64,000 nt of DNA from Mobula hypostoma (taxonomy: Eukaryota): positions 80,602,001 to 80,666,000 of the forward strand of contig NC_086108.1 of NCBI RefSeq assembly GCF_963921235.1. The letters are read 5' to 3'. The position numbers and the translations under genes were made by a program. A model generated the notes under the pieces. It was not told the DNA's origin. It worked only from the letters and a program-made list of their open reading frames with translations, and ran no database searches. This document shows, piece after piece, positions 38,133 to 49,841 of the stretch; within the stretch, counting starts at the first letter, position 1; each line of letters opens with the position of its first letter.

Positions 38133-41100
38133 TTTTTTAAGATTACTTTTCTTCAATTTGGAATTAGATTATGAGGACACACAGTCCTCTTTTATTGTCA
38201 TTTAGTAATGCATGCATTAAATTAGAATGTTATACTGATATAAGATTTAATTTAATTCCACTATATTTGATGTTGTAGGATGTCTAACAGCCTCTAATAA
38301 AAGTCTCCAATGATCTCTGAGGCAATAGGAACTTACAACAGAGGGCATACAACAAAGCAAAAATTAGCGGGAAGGTAAGAGGATTGGGAAGGGGCCATTC
38401 AGACGGCTGAGGTGAATCAGTTAAGAATGGAGCAAATAACAAAAGGTGCCCAGTCCCAGGACCTGATCGCTTGGGTTCTCCGAATGTCTCATAAGACGCG
38501 CCCCCACCCCCCCGTTTGTCAAGCTGATCAGAGAAGTAAGAGAGGAGGAGAATGCGATGGAGGCGCGGGAAGCAACTTTCCAGCATGTCATGGAGAAGAC
38601 GGTGGGGGATATAAACTTGCTTGAGGTATTGGTGTACCTGGATGATCTCATAGTGTTCGGGTCCACCTTGGAGGAACATGAAGCAAGGCTACTGAAGGCG
38701 CTGGGCCACCTGAAAGCTGAGGGATTAAAGCTTACCCTGGACAAGTGCCAGTTCTGCAAGATATCAGTCAACTATGTTGGGCACATAGTCTCAGGAGATG
38801 GAGTAGCTATGGATCATCTAAGATAGAGGCGGTGACCACATGGACAAGGCACTCCTTGGATTCTGTGGCTGCTAATGGAGGTTCATAAAGAACTACTCTA
38901 AAGTGAGTCATCTTTTAAATCAGCTTCTGTGCTGTTACCCTCCCAGGGAAGAAACAGAGGACAAAAAGAGAGGATGGTAAAGAGGCCCTTCAGAGCCTTG
39001 GGGCGAGATGGGACGCAAAATGTGAACAGGCCTTTCAGTTGCTGAAGGAGCTGCTGACACAGGTGCCTGTGCTGGCTTTTGCAGACCCCCAGTTGCCCCA
39101 GTTGCCATAAACATTGCATACAGATGCCAGCAGAGAGGGCTTAGGGGGTGTTCTTTATCAGGATCAGGGCACAGGGTTGAAACCTGTCGCATTTGTCAGC
39201 CAGAGTCGGTCACCCTCTGAGCGGAACAACCCCATGCACAAATTGGAGTTCCTGGCATTCAGATGGGCTATAGTGGATAAGCTAAGTGACTCTCTATATG
39301 GTGCCAAGTTCGAGGTGAGGACAGACAACAAGCCATTAACTTATATCCTGACCTTGGCGAAATTGGATCCCACAGGCATTGCCTGCCTATGACCAGCCTG
39401 AAGTACCGGCCGGGGAGTCAGAACATTGATGCCGATGCGTTGTCCCAATGGACGAAGAGTGGGAGAGCGTTCCTACCCCTGGAGTGAAAGCCATGTGCCA
39501 GTTTTCCATCACAGGGAAGGCAGAGGCAAGGCAAGGGCAAGACCGAGCGGTAGATCATTTGGGAGCTTCTGATGACGCCATTCCACAAGCTTACTGCAAC
39601 CTGACGGCTCTGAAGACCAAGCAGTTTTTCAGAATTGAGCCCTGGGGAAGTGGCAGCCGCTCAGCGAGATGACCTATGCATTGGTACTGTTTGGTCAGCA
39701 GTTGTGAAAGGGGACACGGTCCAAACAGACAAGATGAAACACTCTGCGGTGTCTCTAGTACTGAGAGAATGGCCCAGATTGGAGTTGAGGAACCAGATCC
39801 TATACCGGGTCACGTCACCTCTGGACCAACCTCAGCGTTCCCAGCTGGTTCTGCCTGAGAAGTATCGGAGGATTGTGTTGAAGTCACTTCATGATGATTC
39901 TGGCCTTTTGGAGGTTGACAAGCCCTATGGATTAATCAGAGGTTGGTTTTACTGGCCCTGAAAGAAGCCAGGTACTGCAAGTCATGCATTCGATGTATAC
40001 GGAGGACGATGCTGTCTATGAGGGCTGCTCTGTTGTCTCACTTGCAGAGTGCAGGGCCACTTGACCTGGTGTGTATGGATTTCCTGTCAATAGAGCCAGA
40101 TGCCAGCAACATGGCGAATGTCTTGGTCATTACAGATCACTACACCAGACATGCACAAGCCTTCCCTACCAAGGATCAGAGGGCGTCCACGGTGGCCAAA
40201 GTGATATGGGAGAAGTATTTCATTTATTACGGCCTCCCCAAGCAGATACATAGTGATCACGGACCGGATTTCGAGAGTAGGCTCATACATGAATTACTGA
40301 GCATGCTTGGAGTTGAGAAGTCAAGGACTACGCCTTATCCCCCACAGGGTGATCCCCAGCCTAAGAGGTTCAATCAGACCTTGCTAGACATGCTCAGAAC
40401 CTTGGAAATCAGCAAGAAGAACAAGTGGAGTCAACACATTGGTCCACTGCTACAACTGTACACGAAATGAAGTTACTGGGTACTCGCGGTATTATCTGAT
40501 GTTTGGACATGAGACGAGGTTGCCAATCGACCTTCGTTTTGGAACTGGCGAGGAAGATCTACTGCTGAAGATCTATCTGAAGTACATGTCTGATATGAGA
40601 AGGGAGCTGAAAAAGGCTTATGAGTTAGCTGAGGTCTCGGCTACCAAGCAGAATCAAGGAAATAAGAGGAGGTATGATCAAAAGGTTAGGTTCTCCCAAC
40701 TCCTGCCAGGAGACCGAATCCTCATAAGGAATTTGGGGCTACCTGGGAAGTATTAGTTGGCTGACCGCTGGGCGGCTACACCCTATGTAGTGGAGAGTTA
40801 GGTGCCAAATGTACCAGCTTTCTGGGTGAAAGCAGAGGATGGGGCTGGGCCTGTCAAGATTCTCCATCAGAACCACCTTCTGCCTCTGGGACAAGAGGTG
40901 TGTGTTGACCCAGAGCCCGACTTGAAACCTACACCTACTAAGAGGACTCTGCGGCAACGTGAGGAGAATGAAGGACCAGCAGCACGAAAGATTAAACCGG
41001 CCCCTGCCCCTGAATGGGATACGAACTCGGAGGATGAGGAAATGGGGGTGTGATATATACTGCCTTTCGCTAACTCCCCACTAATTGAGGAACCCTTCTC

Positions 41101-41459
41101 ACGCTGAGGCAGGTAAAACAGGAGGGGACTAGCAGCGGACAGGCAGGCGTGCAGCTGAACCACGAAGGGGAGCTGGGCTCTAAAGTAACGGGGAATGAAT
41201 CTGAGCTCAGCCACATAGCCGAGGGATCCGAATTGCAGGAGGACACAAGTGATGTACCGGAGAGGCCTCGCCACATGGACCAGAAGTATCCCAAGCGGTG
41301 TCTGAAAATGAAGAAGTAGATGATGATATAAGGAAGTCTCTAAGAGTCAGGAGACTCCCAGTTAGGCTGGCCTATGTAGCACCGGGGGAACAGAGTGTTA
41401 CGACTATCGCCCTAGTGAGATATGTCACTACCATTTACAAATGGATTGGAGGTTCTGAC

Positions 41460-41781
41460 ATAGATAGAGTGGATAGTCAGTGCCTCTTCCCCAGGGCACC
41501 ACTACTCAATACAAGAGGACATGGCTTTAAGGTAAGGGGTGGGAAGTTCAAGGGGGATATTAGAGGAAGGTTTTTTACTCAGAGAGTGATTGGTGCGTGG
41601 AATGCACTGCCTGAGTCAGTGGTGGAGGCAGATACACTAGTGAAGTTTAAGAGACTACTAGACAGGTATATGGAGGAATTTAAGGTGGGGGGTTATATGG
41701 GAGGCAGGGTTTGAGGGTCGGCACAACATTGTGGGCCGAAGGGCCTGTACTGTGCTGTACTGTTCTATGTTCTATGTTCTA
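41460..41781 (+). mobile_element. Young CR1 3' end nested in the Gypsy element
   Basis: Nearly identical to the reverse complement of 26777-27093. (TTCTATG)n tail. Confidence 0.93.
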
Positions 41782-41874
41782 TCATGAAATTCCTTTGAAA
41801 ACAGTGTTATTAATGATGGGATGACAAATTAGTTACAAGTCATGAGGACATGACTATTTGTGGTGGGGGGAGAG

Positions 41875-43824
41875 TGTAATGCCCTGGTTCATATTTTTAC
41901 TGTTATACTGTATGTATTTCATACAGCAATTCTGTAAGAGCAGTCTGTTCTGCTGTCAGCCTGTTTGGATCATTGTTAAGATAAGGGATGATGAGGAATG
42001 TGTGCCATCCAATTAGGATGGTGGAATTAGGGGGAGGTTTTCTTGATGAGGGACAGTAAGATTAGTCTTGGGGTTTTTTTTGTTCGGCAGGAGATGAAGA
42101 GAGAAGATGCTAGGGAGAATCAGTCAAAGAATATGACCTAGTGGGAGACCCGTTTGTTCGAGACTGATTGCGAGCGACGTTCGGAAGGTGGTGTGTGCTT
42201 TCACGCTGACCGAGGGCTCAGCGCGTGAGTGACAGCGAAGTTCAAGATGAGCTCCAACTTGTGCACGTTTAACTGTTTAATTAAAATGGGCCCTTTTCTT
42301 TTTGCTTTTCTCTACTAGCCCTATCGCCCGGTAGCACTCACATCGACAGTGATGAAATGCCTTCAGAGGTTGGTCATGACTAGACTGAACTCCTGCCTCA
42401 GCAACGACCTGGACCCATTGCAATTTGCCTATCGCCACAATAGGTCAACGGCAGAAGCAATCTCAATGGCTCTCCACATGATTTTAGACCACCATCATTC
42501 CCACAATCCTGATTGAGAAGTTGCAGAACCTGGGCCTCTGTACCTCTCTCTGCAAATGGATCCTTGACTTCCTAACCGGAAGACCACAGTCTGTGTGGAT
42601 TGGTAATAACATATCCTCCTCACTGATGATCAACACTGGTGCACCTCAAGGGTGTGTGCTGGGCCCACTGCTCTACTCTCCATATACCCATGACTGTGTG
42701 ACAAGGCATAGCTCAAATACCATCTACAAATTTGCTGACGATACAACCGTTGTTGGTAGAATCTCAGGTGGTGATGAGAGCACATACAGAAGTGAGATAT
42801 GCCAACTAGTGGAATGGTGCCGCAGTAACAACCTGGCACTCAACGTCAGTAAGATGAAAGAGCTGACTGTGGACATCAAGAAGGGTAAGACGAAGGAACA
42901 CATATCAATCCTTATAGAGGGATCAGATGTGGAGAGAGAGTAGTTTCAAGCTCCTGGGTGTCAAGATCTCTGAGGATCTATCTGGTCCCAACATAGTTAT
43001 AAAGAAGGCAAGACAGCAGCTACACTTCATTAGGTGTTTGAAGAGATTTGGCATGTCAACAAATACACTCAAAAACTTCTATAGATGTACCATGGAGAGC
43101 ATTCTGACGGGCAGCATCACTGTCTGGTATGGAGGGTCTACTGCACAGGACTGAAAGAAGCTGCAGAAGGTTGTAAATCTAGTCAGCTTCATCTTGGGCA
43201 CTAGCCTACAAAGTACCCAGGACATCTTCAGGGAGCAGTGTCTCAGAAAGACAGTGTCCATTATTAAGGACCTCCAGCACCCAGGGCATGCCCTTTTCTC
43301 ACTGTTACCATCAGGTAGGAGGTACAGGGGCCTAAAGACACACACTCAGCGATTCAGAAACAGCTTCTTACCCTCTGCCATCCGATTCCTAAATGGATAT
43401 TGAGCCCTTGGACACTACCTCACCTTTTATAATATACAGTATTTCTATTCTTGCACTTTTTAAAATCTATTCAATATGCGTAATTGATTTACTTGTGTAT
43501 TTATTATTATTCTTTTTATTTTTTTCTCTTCTAGATTATGTATTGCATTGAACTGCAGCTGCTAAGTTACAAATTTCACATCACATGCCAGAGATAATAA
43601 ACCTGATTCTTATTCTTTAGTTAAGATTCATAAATATAATTCCTTTAATCATATACAGTGCACTATCTGTTATTTGTGGCACTAATTTGAAACAGGGAAG
43701 CAAATTACACAGCATCACACAAACCGAGGCTTGGGGAGAGACAGCCATCTCAGTCTCACGAGTTTGGCGGGATCGGAGAGCGTTTTCCCTAGACTTAGGC
43801 GCCGAGGGAACTAGGGGGGTTTCA
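41875..43824 (+). repeat. Gypsy 3' LTR in two pieces (41875-42324 and 43617-43824) split by a Rex LINE
   Basis: It begins TG after the PPT and ends ...ggtttCA. The two pieces are collinear with the reverse complement of the solo LTR at 31118-31688. Confidence 0.85.
42325..43616 (+). mobile_element. Rex/Babar LINE RT fragment inserted in the Gypsy 3' LTR
   Basis: [29 protein letters not shown] and HALFSLLPSGRRYR motifs, then aataaa plus a (GATTCT)n tail. Confidence 0.92.
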
Positions 43825-45107
43825 GAGTCAATTGTTAGGAATGAGGTTATAGAGTACTTGGTGACACAGGACAAGATAAGACAAAGTCAGCATAGTTTCC
43901 TTAAGGGAAAATCTTGCCTGACCAACCTGTTGGAATTCTTTGAGGAGATTACAAGTAGGACAGATAAAGGGGATGCAGTGATGTTGTATTAAAAAGACCA
44001 TTATATTACAGGAAAGTTACTGGCATGATTAGAGCATTGGCTTATTGGTAGGAGGCAGCAAGTTGGAATAAAAGGATCCCTTTCTGGTTGGCTGCCAGTG
44101 ACTAGTGGTGTTCTGTAGGGTTCAGTGTTGGGATCACTTCTTTTTATGCTGCATGTCAATGATTTAGATGATGGAATAGATGGCTTTGTTGTCTGGTTTG
44201 CAGATGATACAAAGATTGGTGGAGGGGCAACTAGTGTTGAGGAAACAGGAAAGTTGCAGGAGGATTTAGACAGTTTCGGAGAACAGGCAAGGAAAATGAA
44301 ATGCAATGTGGGAAAATGCATGGTCATGCACTTTGGCAGAAGAAATAAATGTGCAGACTATATTCTGAACAGGGAGAAAATCCAAAAATCTGAGATACAA
44401 AGAGTCTTGGGTGTCCTTGTGCCGAACACCCTAAAGGTTATCCTGCTGGTTGAGTTGGTGGTGAGGAAGGCAAATGCAATGTTAGCACTAATTTCATGAG
44501 GTCTAGAAAAGAAGAGCAGAGATGTGATGCTGAGGCTTTATAAGGCACTAGTGAAGCTTTACCTTGAGTATTGTGAGCAGTTTGGGGCTTCCCATCTCAA
44601 AAAAGATGTGCTGGCATTGGAGAGGGTTCAGAGGAGGCACACAAGGATGATTCTGGGAATGAAAGAGTAATCACATGAGGAACAGTTGATGAGTCTGTTA
44701 CTGTGCTCGCTGGAATTTAGAAGGATAAAAGGGGGGGTATATCATTGAAATCTTTCAAATGTTAAAAGGCCTAGACAGAGTAGCTGTGGAAAGGATGGGG
44801 GAGTCTAGGACACAAGGGCACAGCCTCAGGATAGAGGGGCATCCATTTAAACAGAGATGCATGGTAATTTATCTAGCCAGAGGGTGGTGAATTTGTGGAA
44901 TTTGTTACCACAGACAGCTGCGGAGGGCAGGTCCTTGGGTGTACTTAAGGCGGAAATTGATAGGTTCTTGATGGCCATGGCATTAAAGGTTATGGGGAGA
45001 AGGCCCGGGAGTGGGACTGAGGAGAGGGAAAAAGGATCAGCCATGATTGAATGGTGCAGCAGACAATGGGCCAAATGGCCTAACTGTGCTCCTATGTCTT
45101 ATCGTCA
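43825..45107 (+). mobile_element. CR1 RT and 3' fragment, degraded
   Basis: SQHSFLKGKSCLTNLLEFFE and FADDTKIGG motifs plus a CR1 3'UTR. It starts immediately after the LTR end. Confidence 0.9.
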
Positions 45108-46269
45108 ACAAAACACCTGATAAATAAATTTGAATTCTAATTGTGCTCCTATGTCTTATCGTCATGAAAACAACAACAAAAGCAATTAAGCAACTTATAT
45201 GGAATATATGTTGTTTATACAATGTGTGTTATTTTGTGCAGAATGTTTAATTACAGAATATGGCCAGAAAATGGTGTTTTATATTGAATCCCACAAAAGG
45301 GTTTCTTTCATAGTTGAGATCCTCCCCCAGCTTCTCTGTACAATCCCCTTTTCTTTGACTCCCTTGTCCCTATTCCCAAAGGTGCAATGCCTGGATGAAA
45401 TTACATCGTTCTACAAGCATGTCTGCATGGTTATGTTACAATACTCTCTTTTCTTTCCTTTCCTACATCATCTGTCAAATATATTCCGAGCTCCAACCTA
45501 CTCTTATTCAGGATGATTCACCTGCGTAAACATATTTTGCTCTAACTTCGTAAGAAGTTTGTGTTGAACCTTAAGCTTTTTGCCTTTGATCAATGTCTCT
45601 TCTGGGGTCCCCCATTCATCCACTCCCCCACTAACACCAAATCACTTTTATTCCAACCATCTTCCAAAGTGACCAGTTCAAAAACAAAACATGGCTAATC
45701 TCACCACCTATCGTTTGATCTCCTTCCCAAGATGAATTACTGGTCAGAATCTCACACCTATGGCTATTTAAAGGCTCATAACAACCAGAAAAAATCCAAC
45801 ATCACTTCTTCAAAGGAAAAAATCCTTCCAACCATTCTAACCTCTCAGAACTGCTGCCCATTTCCAACCACCTTTCTAGCTTCAAGTCACGATACTGTAG
45901 CTGTACGCGTCCTTTACTTATTAAACACAGGAGTCTATTTGATCCATTAGGTCTATGCCAGTTCCAATAGAGAAATCCCATCAATGTAATTATGATTCTT
46001 CTTCCCCTGTGTTATTACAAATCATTTTCTCAAATTTTCTCAACTGTTTTTTCTGTCATTTACCTATATTATGAAATAAGTTGCAGTAGCCAATTAATCT
46101 ACCAGCACCTCTTTGGATCTGTATTCTTTAGAGTTTAGAAGAATGAGAGGTGGTATTATTGAAACATACAAGATCCTAAGGGTACATGACATGGTAGATT
46201 TTAAGATCATTTTAATGGGGAGAGAAACTTGCATCCAGAGACAAACTTTCTAGGGCCAGTCATTTACTA

Positions 46270-46365
46270 TAAATTGCACATTGCACATTCAGACGGAGAC
46301 GTAACGTCAAGATTTTTACTCCCCATGTATGTGAAGGATGTAAGAAATGAAGTCAATTCAATTCA
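46270..46365 (+). mobile_element. Rex1-like 3' tail with (CAATT)n, inserted in a CR1 remnant
   Basis: ...tgaaggatgtaagaaatgaagtcaattcaattca, flanked by degenerate CR1 sequence (~46120-46780). Confidence 0.6.
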
Positions 46366-46959
46366 AAAGTGAATTATAGAAATTTCTTCTGGCAGGGAGT
46401 GGAGAATAAGGCTATTGACCATAAGACATATTGTAGGAGCATGATTAGGCCTTTTGGTTCATGGAGTCTGCTCTGTCATTCCATCATGGCTGACTTATTA
46501 GCCCTCTCAACTCCATTCTCCTGCGTTTCCTCTGCAACCTGTGATGACCTCACTAATCATGAACCTATCAACCTCTTTTTAAATATACCCAATTGTCAAC
46601 TGGAATTCACTGCTACAGAAACTTGTAGAGGTTAGCTCAGTAGGTATTTACATCTTTGGAAGATTGAGGGCTCTGGAGCTACGGTACAAAAAAGATGTTG
46701 AAGGCTGGGGCGTATCATCCATGATCATAGTGAATGGTGGGGCAGGCTTGAAGGGCCAAATGGTTTACAGCTGATCCTATTTAATTATGTGGATGTGGGA
46801 GGGAACTATAAAACCTAGAGACAGGAAGCACATGCAAACTCCACACAGAGAAAAAACCAAGGTAAGGATTGATTAGGAGTGTGAGGTAGCAACACTAAAT
46901 TCCAATATGTTTTAGCCCCATCTACAGCATCACAACCATACATGTTAGTTAATATTAGT

Positions 46960-47290
46960 CCATTGAGAGTAGGGGAGATTCAAACAAGAGGACATGAGTT
47001 GAGAGTTAAAGGGCAAAAGTTCAGGGGTAACATGAGGGGGAACTTCCTTACTCAGAGAGTGGTGGCTGTGTGAAACGAGCTTCCAGCAGAAGTGGTGAGG
47101 CAGGTTTGATGTTGTCGTTTGAAGTTAAACTGGACAGCTATATGGACAGGAAAGGAATGGAGGGTTATGGGCCGAGTGCAGATCGGTGGGACTAGATAAG
47201 AGTAAGAGTTCGGCACGGACTAGAACGGCCGAGATGGCCTGTTTCCGTGCTGTAATTGTTATATGGTCATATGGCTATATGATTATATGG
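46960..47290 (+). mobile_element. CR1 3' end
   Basis: TRGHELRVKGQKFRGNMRGNFLTQRVV...EGYG followed by a (TTATATGG)-type tail. Confidence 0.85.
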
Positions 47291-48351
47291 TGTCTTGTAA
47301 GTACTATCATTATTTTTAGCTGCTTTAAGTCTTTCACAAAGTTGAGCAAATTCCAAATGCTTTTGCCCTATTAAATCACTTTGATATTGCTTTTCCTCAT
47401 TCCTTCTGTATCTCAGATACTTTACTGCCCCAAATGGTTTCCCCTGGTGTCTCAGATTGGTGCAACTTTTGCTGCTTTCACTTTGTTTACCTCACAGATC
47501 ACTATGTGTTTTAATCAGCGTGACTTGGCCACCTCATTGCAGTCATCTTCAACTATATTATTAAGAGCTAAATGAGCCAAACCTTCCCCCACTTAAGTCA
47601 GCAAACTGAAACCATCCTCCTCAACTTCTACAAACATTTATACATCTTCAAATTCAACATTATCTTCCTCCTAATTGCCACCTCAGACTTACGTACACCT
47701 ACAGATTGTGGAAACTTGGCATGTTAATCCACGCTGAGCTCAGCTTTCTTTCCCACCTACAATCTACTGCAAAGCCTTCTAATCTTTCACCACAATCACT
47801 TGCCTCTGCATTATTTCTCATATTGACTACAAAGCCATAGTCCATGGTCTTGCATCCCCGTCTACACTCAAGGTCCATATTTTCTCTGATTCTGCAGAGC
47901 TCCATGGCACACCAGGATCAAGATTATCATCCAATCTCGTTTTTGAGTACCTTCTTAGTCCTACCCCAGCATCTCCAAATATCAAGTCTGGCCCAACTCT
48001 ACATCCTTAAGTATACTATCTGGTCCTTCAACTTAATTCTAATTCTCTTCCCTCATTCCCTCTGCACCACTATCAGTGAACACTCTACTAGATACCTGGT
48101 GTCCCACCTTTAAATATCTGTCAATGACATATCTCCAATTCTATATTCAAAAGCTTCATCAGAAATTATCCTTCTACTGCACCTTGGATCCCTCCTTTAC
48201 TAAAAACACAATGAGAAATGAGTTCATAAAATCTGGGGACTTTTTAAAATATGTTACCTTTGGCATATATCTTACAAGGGATGTAAGGGATAGGGGAGTC
48301 CCAGCATGGTAAAAGTAAAGGAAGTAAATGGACAACATTAAAAACATGTAA

Positions 48352-48444
48352 TACACATCAAAGTTGCTGGTGAACGCAGCAGGCCAAGCAGCATCTCAGG
48401 AAGAGGTACAGTCGACGTTTCGGGCCGAGACCCTTCGTCAGGAC
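48352..48444 (-). mobile_element. ~93-bp Penelope terminal fragment with TSD-like CATGTAA flanks
   Basis: Near-identical to 10464-10557. ACATGTAA occurs at 48344-48351 and 48443-48450. Confidence 0.85.
48411..48444 (-). ncRNA. Minimal type-I hammerhead ribozyme motif
   Basis: The minus strand reads GUC-CUGACGA-A-GGG UCUCGG CCC-GAAA-C-GUC^GAC, with the core boxes intact. Confidence 0.7.
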
Positions 48445-48539
48445 ATGTAACATGTAACAGTTTTGTCATAAAAAGACAAAATATTAAGTTTTTATTCCCT
48501 GAACTTATTCTACTACATTGAGCTAGAACATCACAGAGA

Positions 48540-48845
48540 TAAAGATAAAGATTGCCTTTATATGACATGTACATCAAACCATACAGTGAAATGCCTCCTT
48601 TAGGTCAAATCAAATCAGTGAGAATTGTACTGGGCAGCCTGCAAGTGTCACCATGCTTCTGGCACCAACTTAGCATGCCCATAACTCACTAACACTAACT
48701 GTATGTCTTTGGAGTAGGGAGGAGACCAGAGCACCAGAAGGAAACCCACACAGTCACAGGGAGAATATACAGACTTCTTACTGTCAGCGTCAGGAATTGA
48801 AATCTGAGCTTAGGTGCTGTAAAGCATTTCATTAACCACTATGCA
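48540..48845 (-). mobile_element. tRNA-derived SINE remnant
   Basis: The reverse strand begins gcatagtggttaa...tttacagcacc...ttcaattcc (A and B boxes), followed by a V-domain-like gggtttccttctggtgctctggt. Confidence 0.65.
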
Positions 48846-48919
48846 ACAAGGGAGAAGGGATTCCTTCTCCAAAGGAAATCTATTGAATCAGGTTCAATGG
48901 CTTATTTACATCTTGTTTA

Positions 48920-49745
48920 TCATATTTATCTTCCAGGATCTGAGCTTTGCTAGAAAGACCAGAATTAATTTGTCACCCCCAAACTATTCTTGTGAAGCTG
49001 ATGGTGAGCTTACTTTTTGAACCACAGCTTCTGCTGCTATTAAAAAAGAAACTAGGGAATTTAGAGCCCAGCGACAATGAGGGATTTCAAATCTAGTTGG
49101 GAACTGATTTTAAAGGCAACGTTTGAGAGGTGGTGTTTTATGTTGCTGCTGCCCTTGTCCTTCTTGGCGATAAAGGGCATAGGTTTGTGATGATGCCAGA
49201 GTAGCCCAGACGAATAACCACTGCACGTCTGTAGAGAATAGCCACAGCATCACAGTTCGCTGGTAGTGTAGTGATGACACTTTAGGCTGATTGATGGGAT
49301 GCCAATCAATGTGACAGCTTTATCTTGGATATAGGCATGACCTGCTTCGTTTTCTGAGAACTACCAATGGAATTGAATTTTATACAAACAAATATCATCA
49401 CTTCTAATCTTAAGACAAATTGATGAAACAGTTGTAGATAGTTGGCATGTGACTGAGGAACTACTACAGTGATGTATTGGAGCTTGGATTACTGACTCCA
49501 TCACAACAACTTCCTATGTATGAGATATGACTCCAATCACTGGACTGTTTTGTCCTTTGACATACAATGACTTCAGTTTCACCAGGGCACCTTGATGGTA
49601 AACTTGGTCAAATGCTACCTTAAGTTCAAGGGCAGTTATTCTTATAGCACTCAGGACTTTGATTCTTTGATCATACTTGGGCTAAGGCTGTGTTGAAGTC
49701 TAGATGTAGGTGATCTCAGCAAAAGCCAAAATTGACATTGATGAA
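48920..49745 (-). mobile_element. Ancient, highly degraded LINE (CR1-group) remnant
   Basis: The reverse strand shows a degenerate AL...(A)FD.V...G.L.KL RT segment at ~49570-49640 and a 3' region typical of old elasmobranch LINEs. Confidence 0.5.
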
Positions 49746-49841
49746 TTTGAACATAATGGGACACTGAAAATAAATGGCCATCTGAGAAAGCCCAGGTACT
49801 AACTACCCTTTAGACAAGGCCACACAGATCTTCTACTAGCC

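Larger units (their letters stand above)
38385..43824 (+). mobile_element. Gypsy LTR retrotransposon, 5'-truncated, internally deleted and pseudogenised
   Basis: Domain order is gag remnant (KLIREVREEE), RT (LVYLDDLIVF), RNase H (HTDASREGLGGVLYQ; KLEFLA; RTDNKPL) and integrase (CMDF; SDHGPDFES). These are followed by a PPT (ggggggagag, 41865-41874) and an LTR starting TGTAAT. Many frameshifts. Confidence 0.93.
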
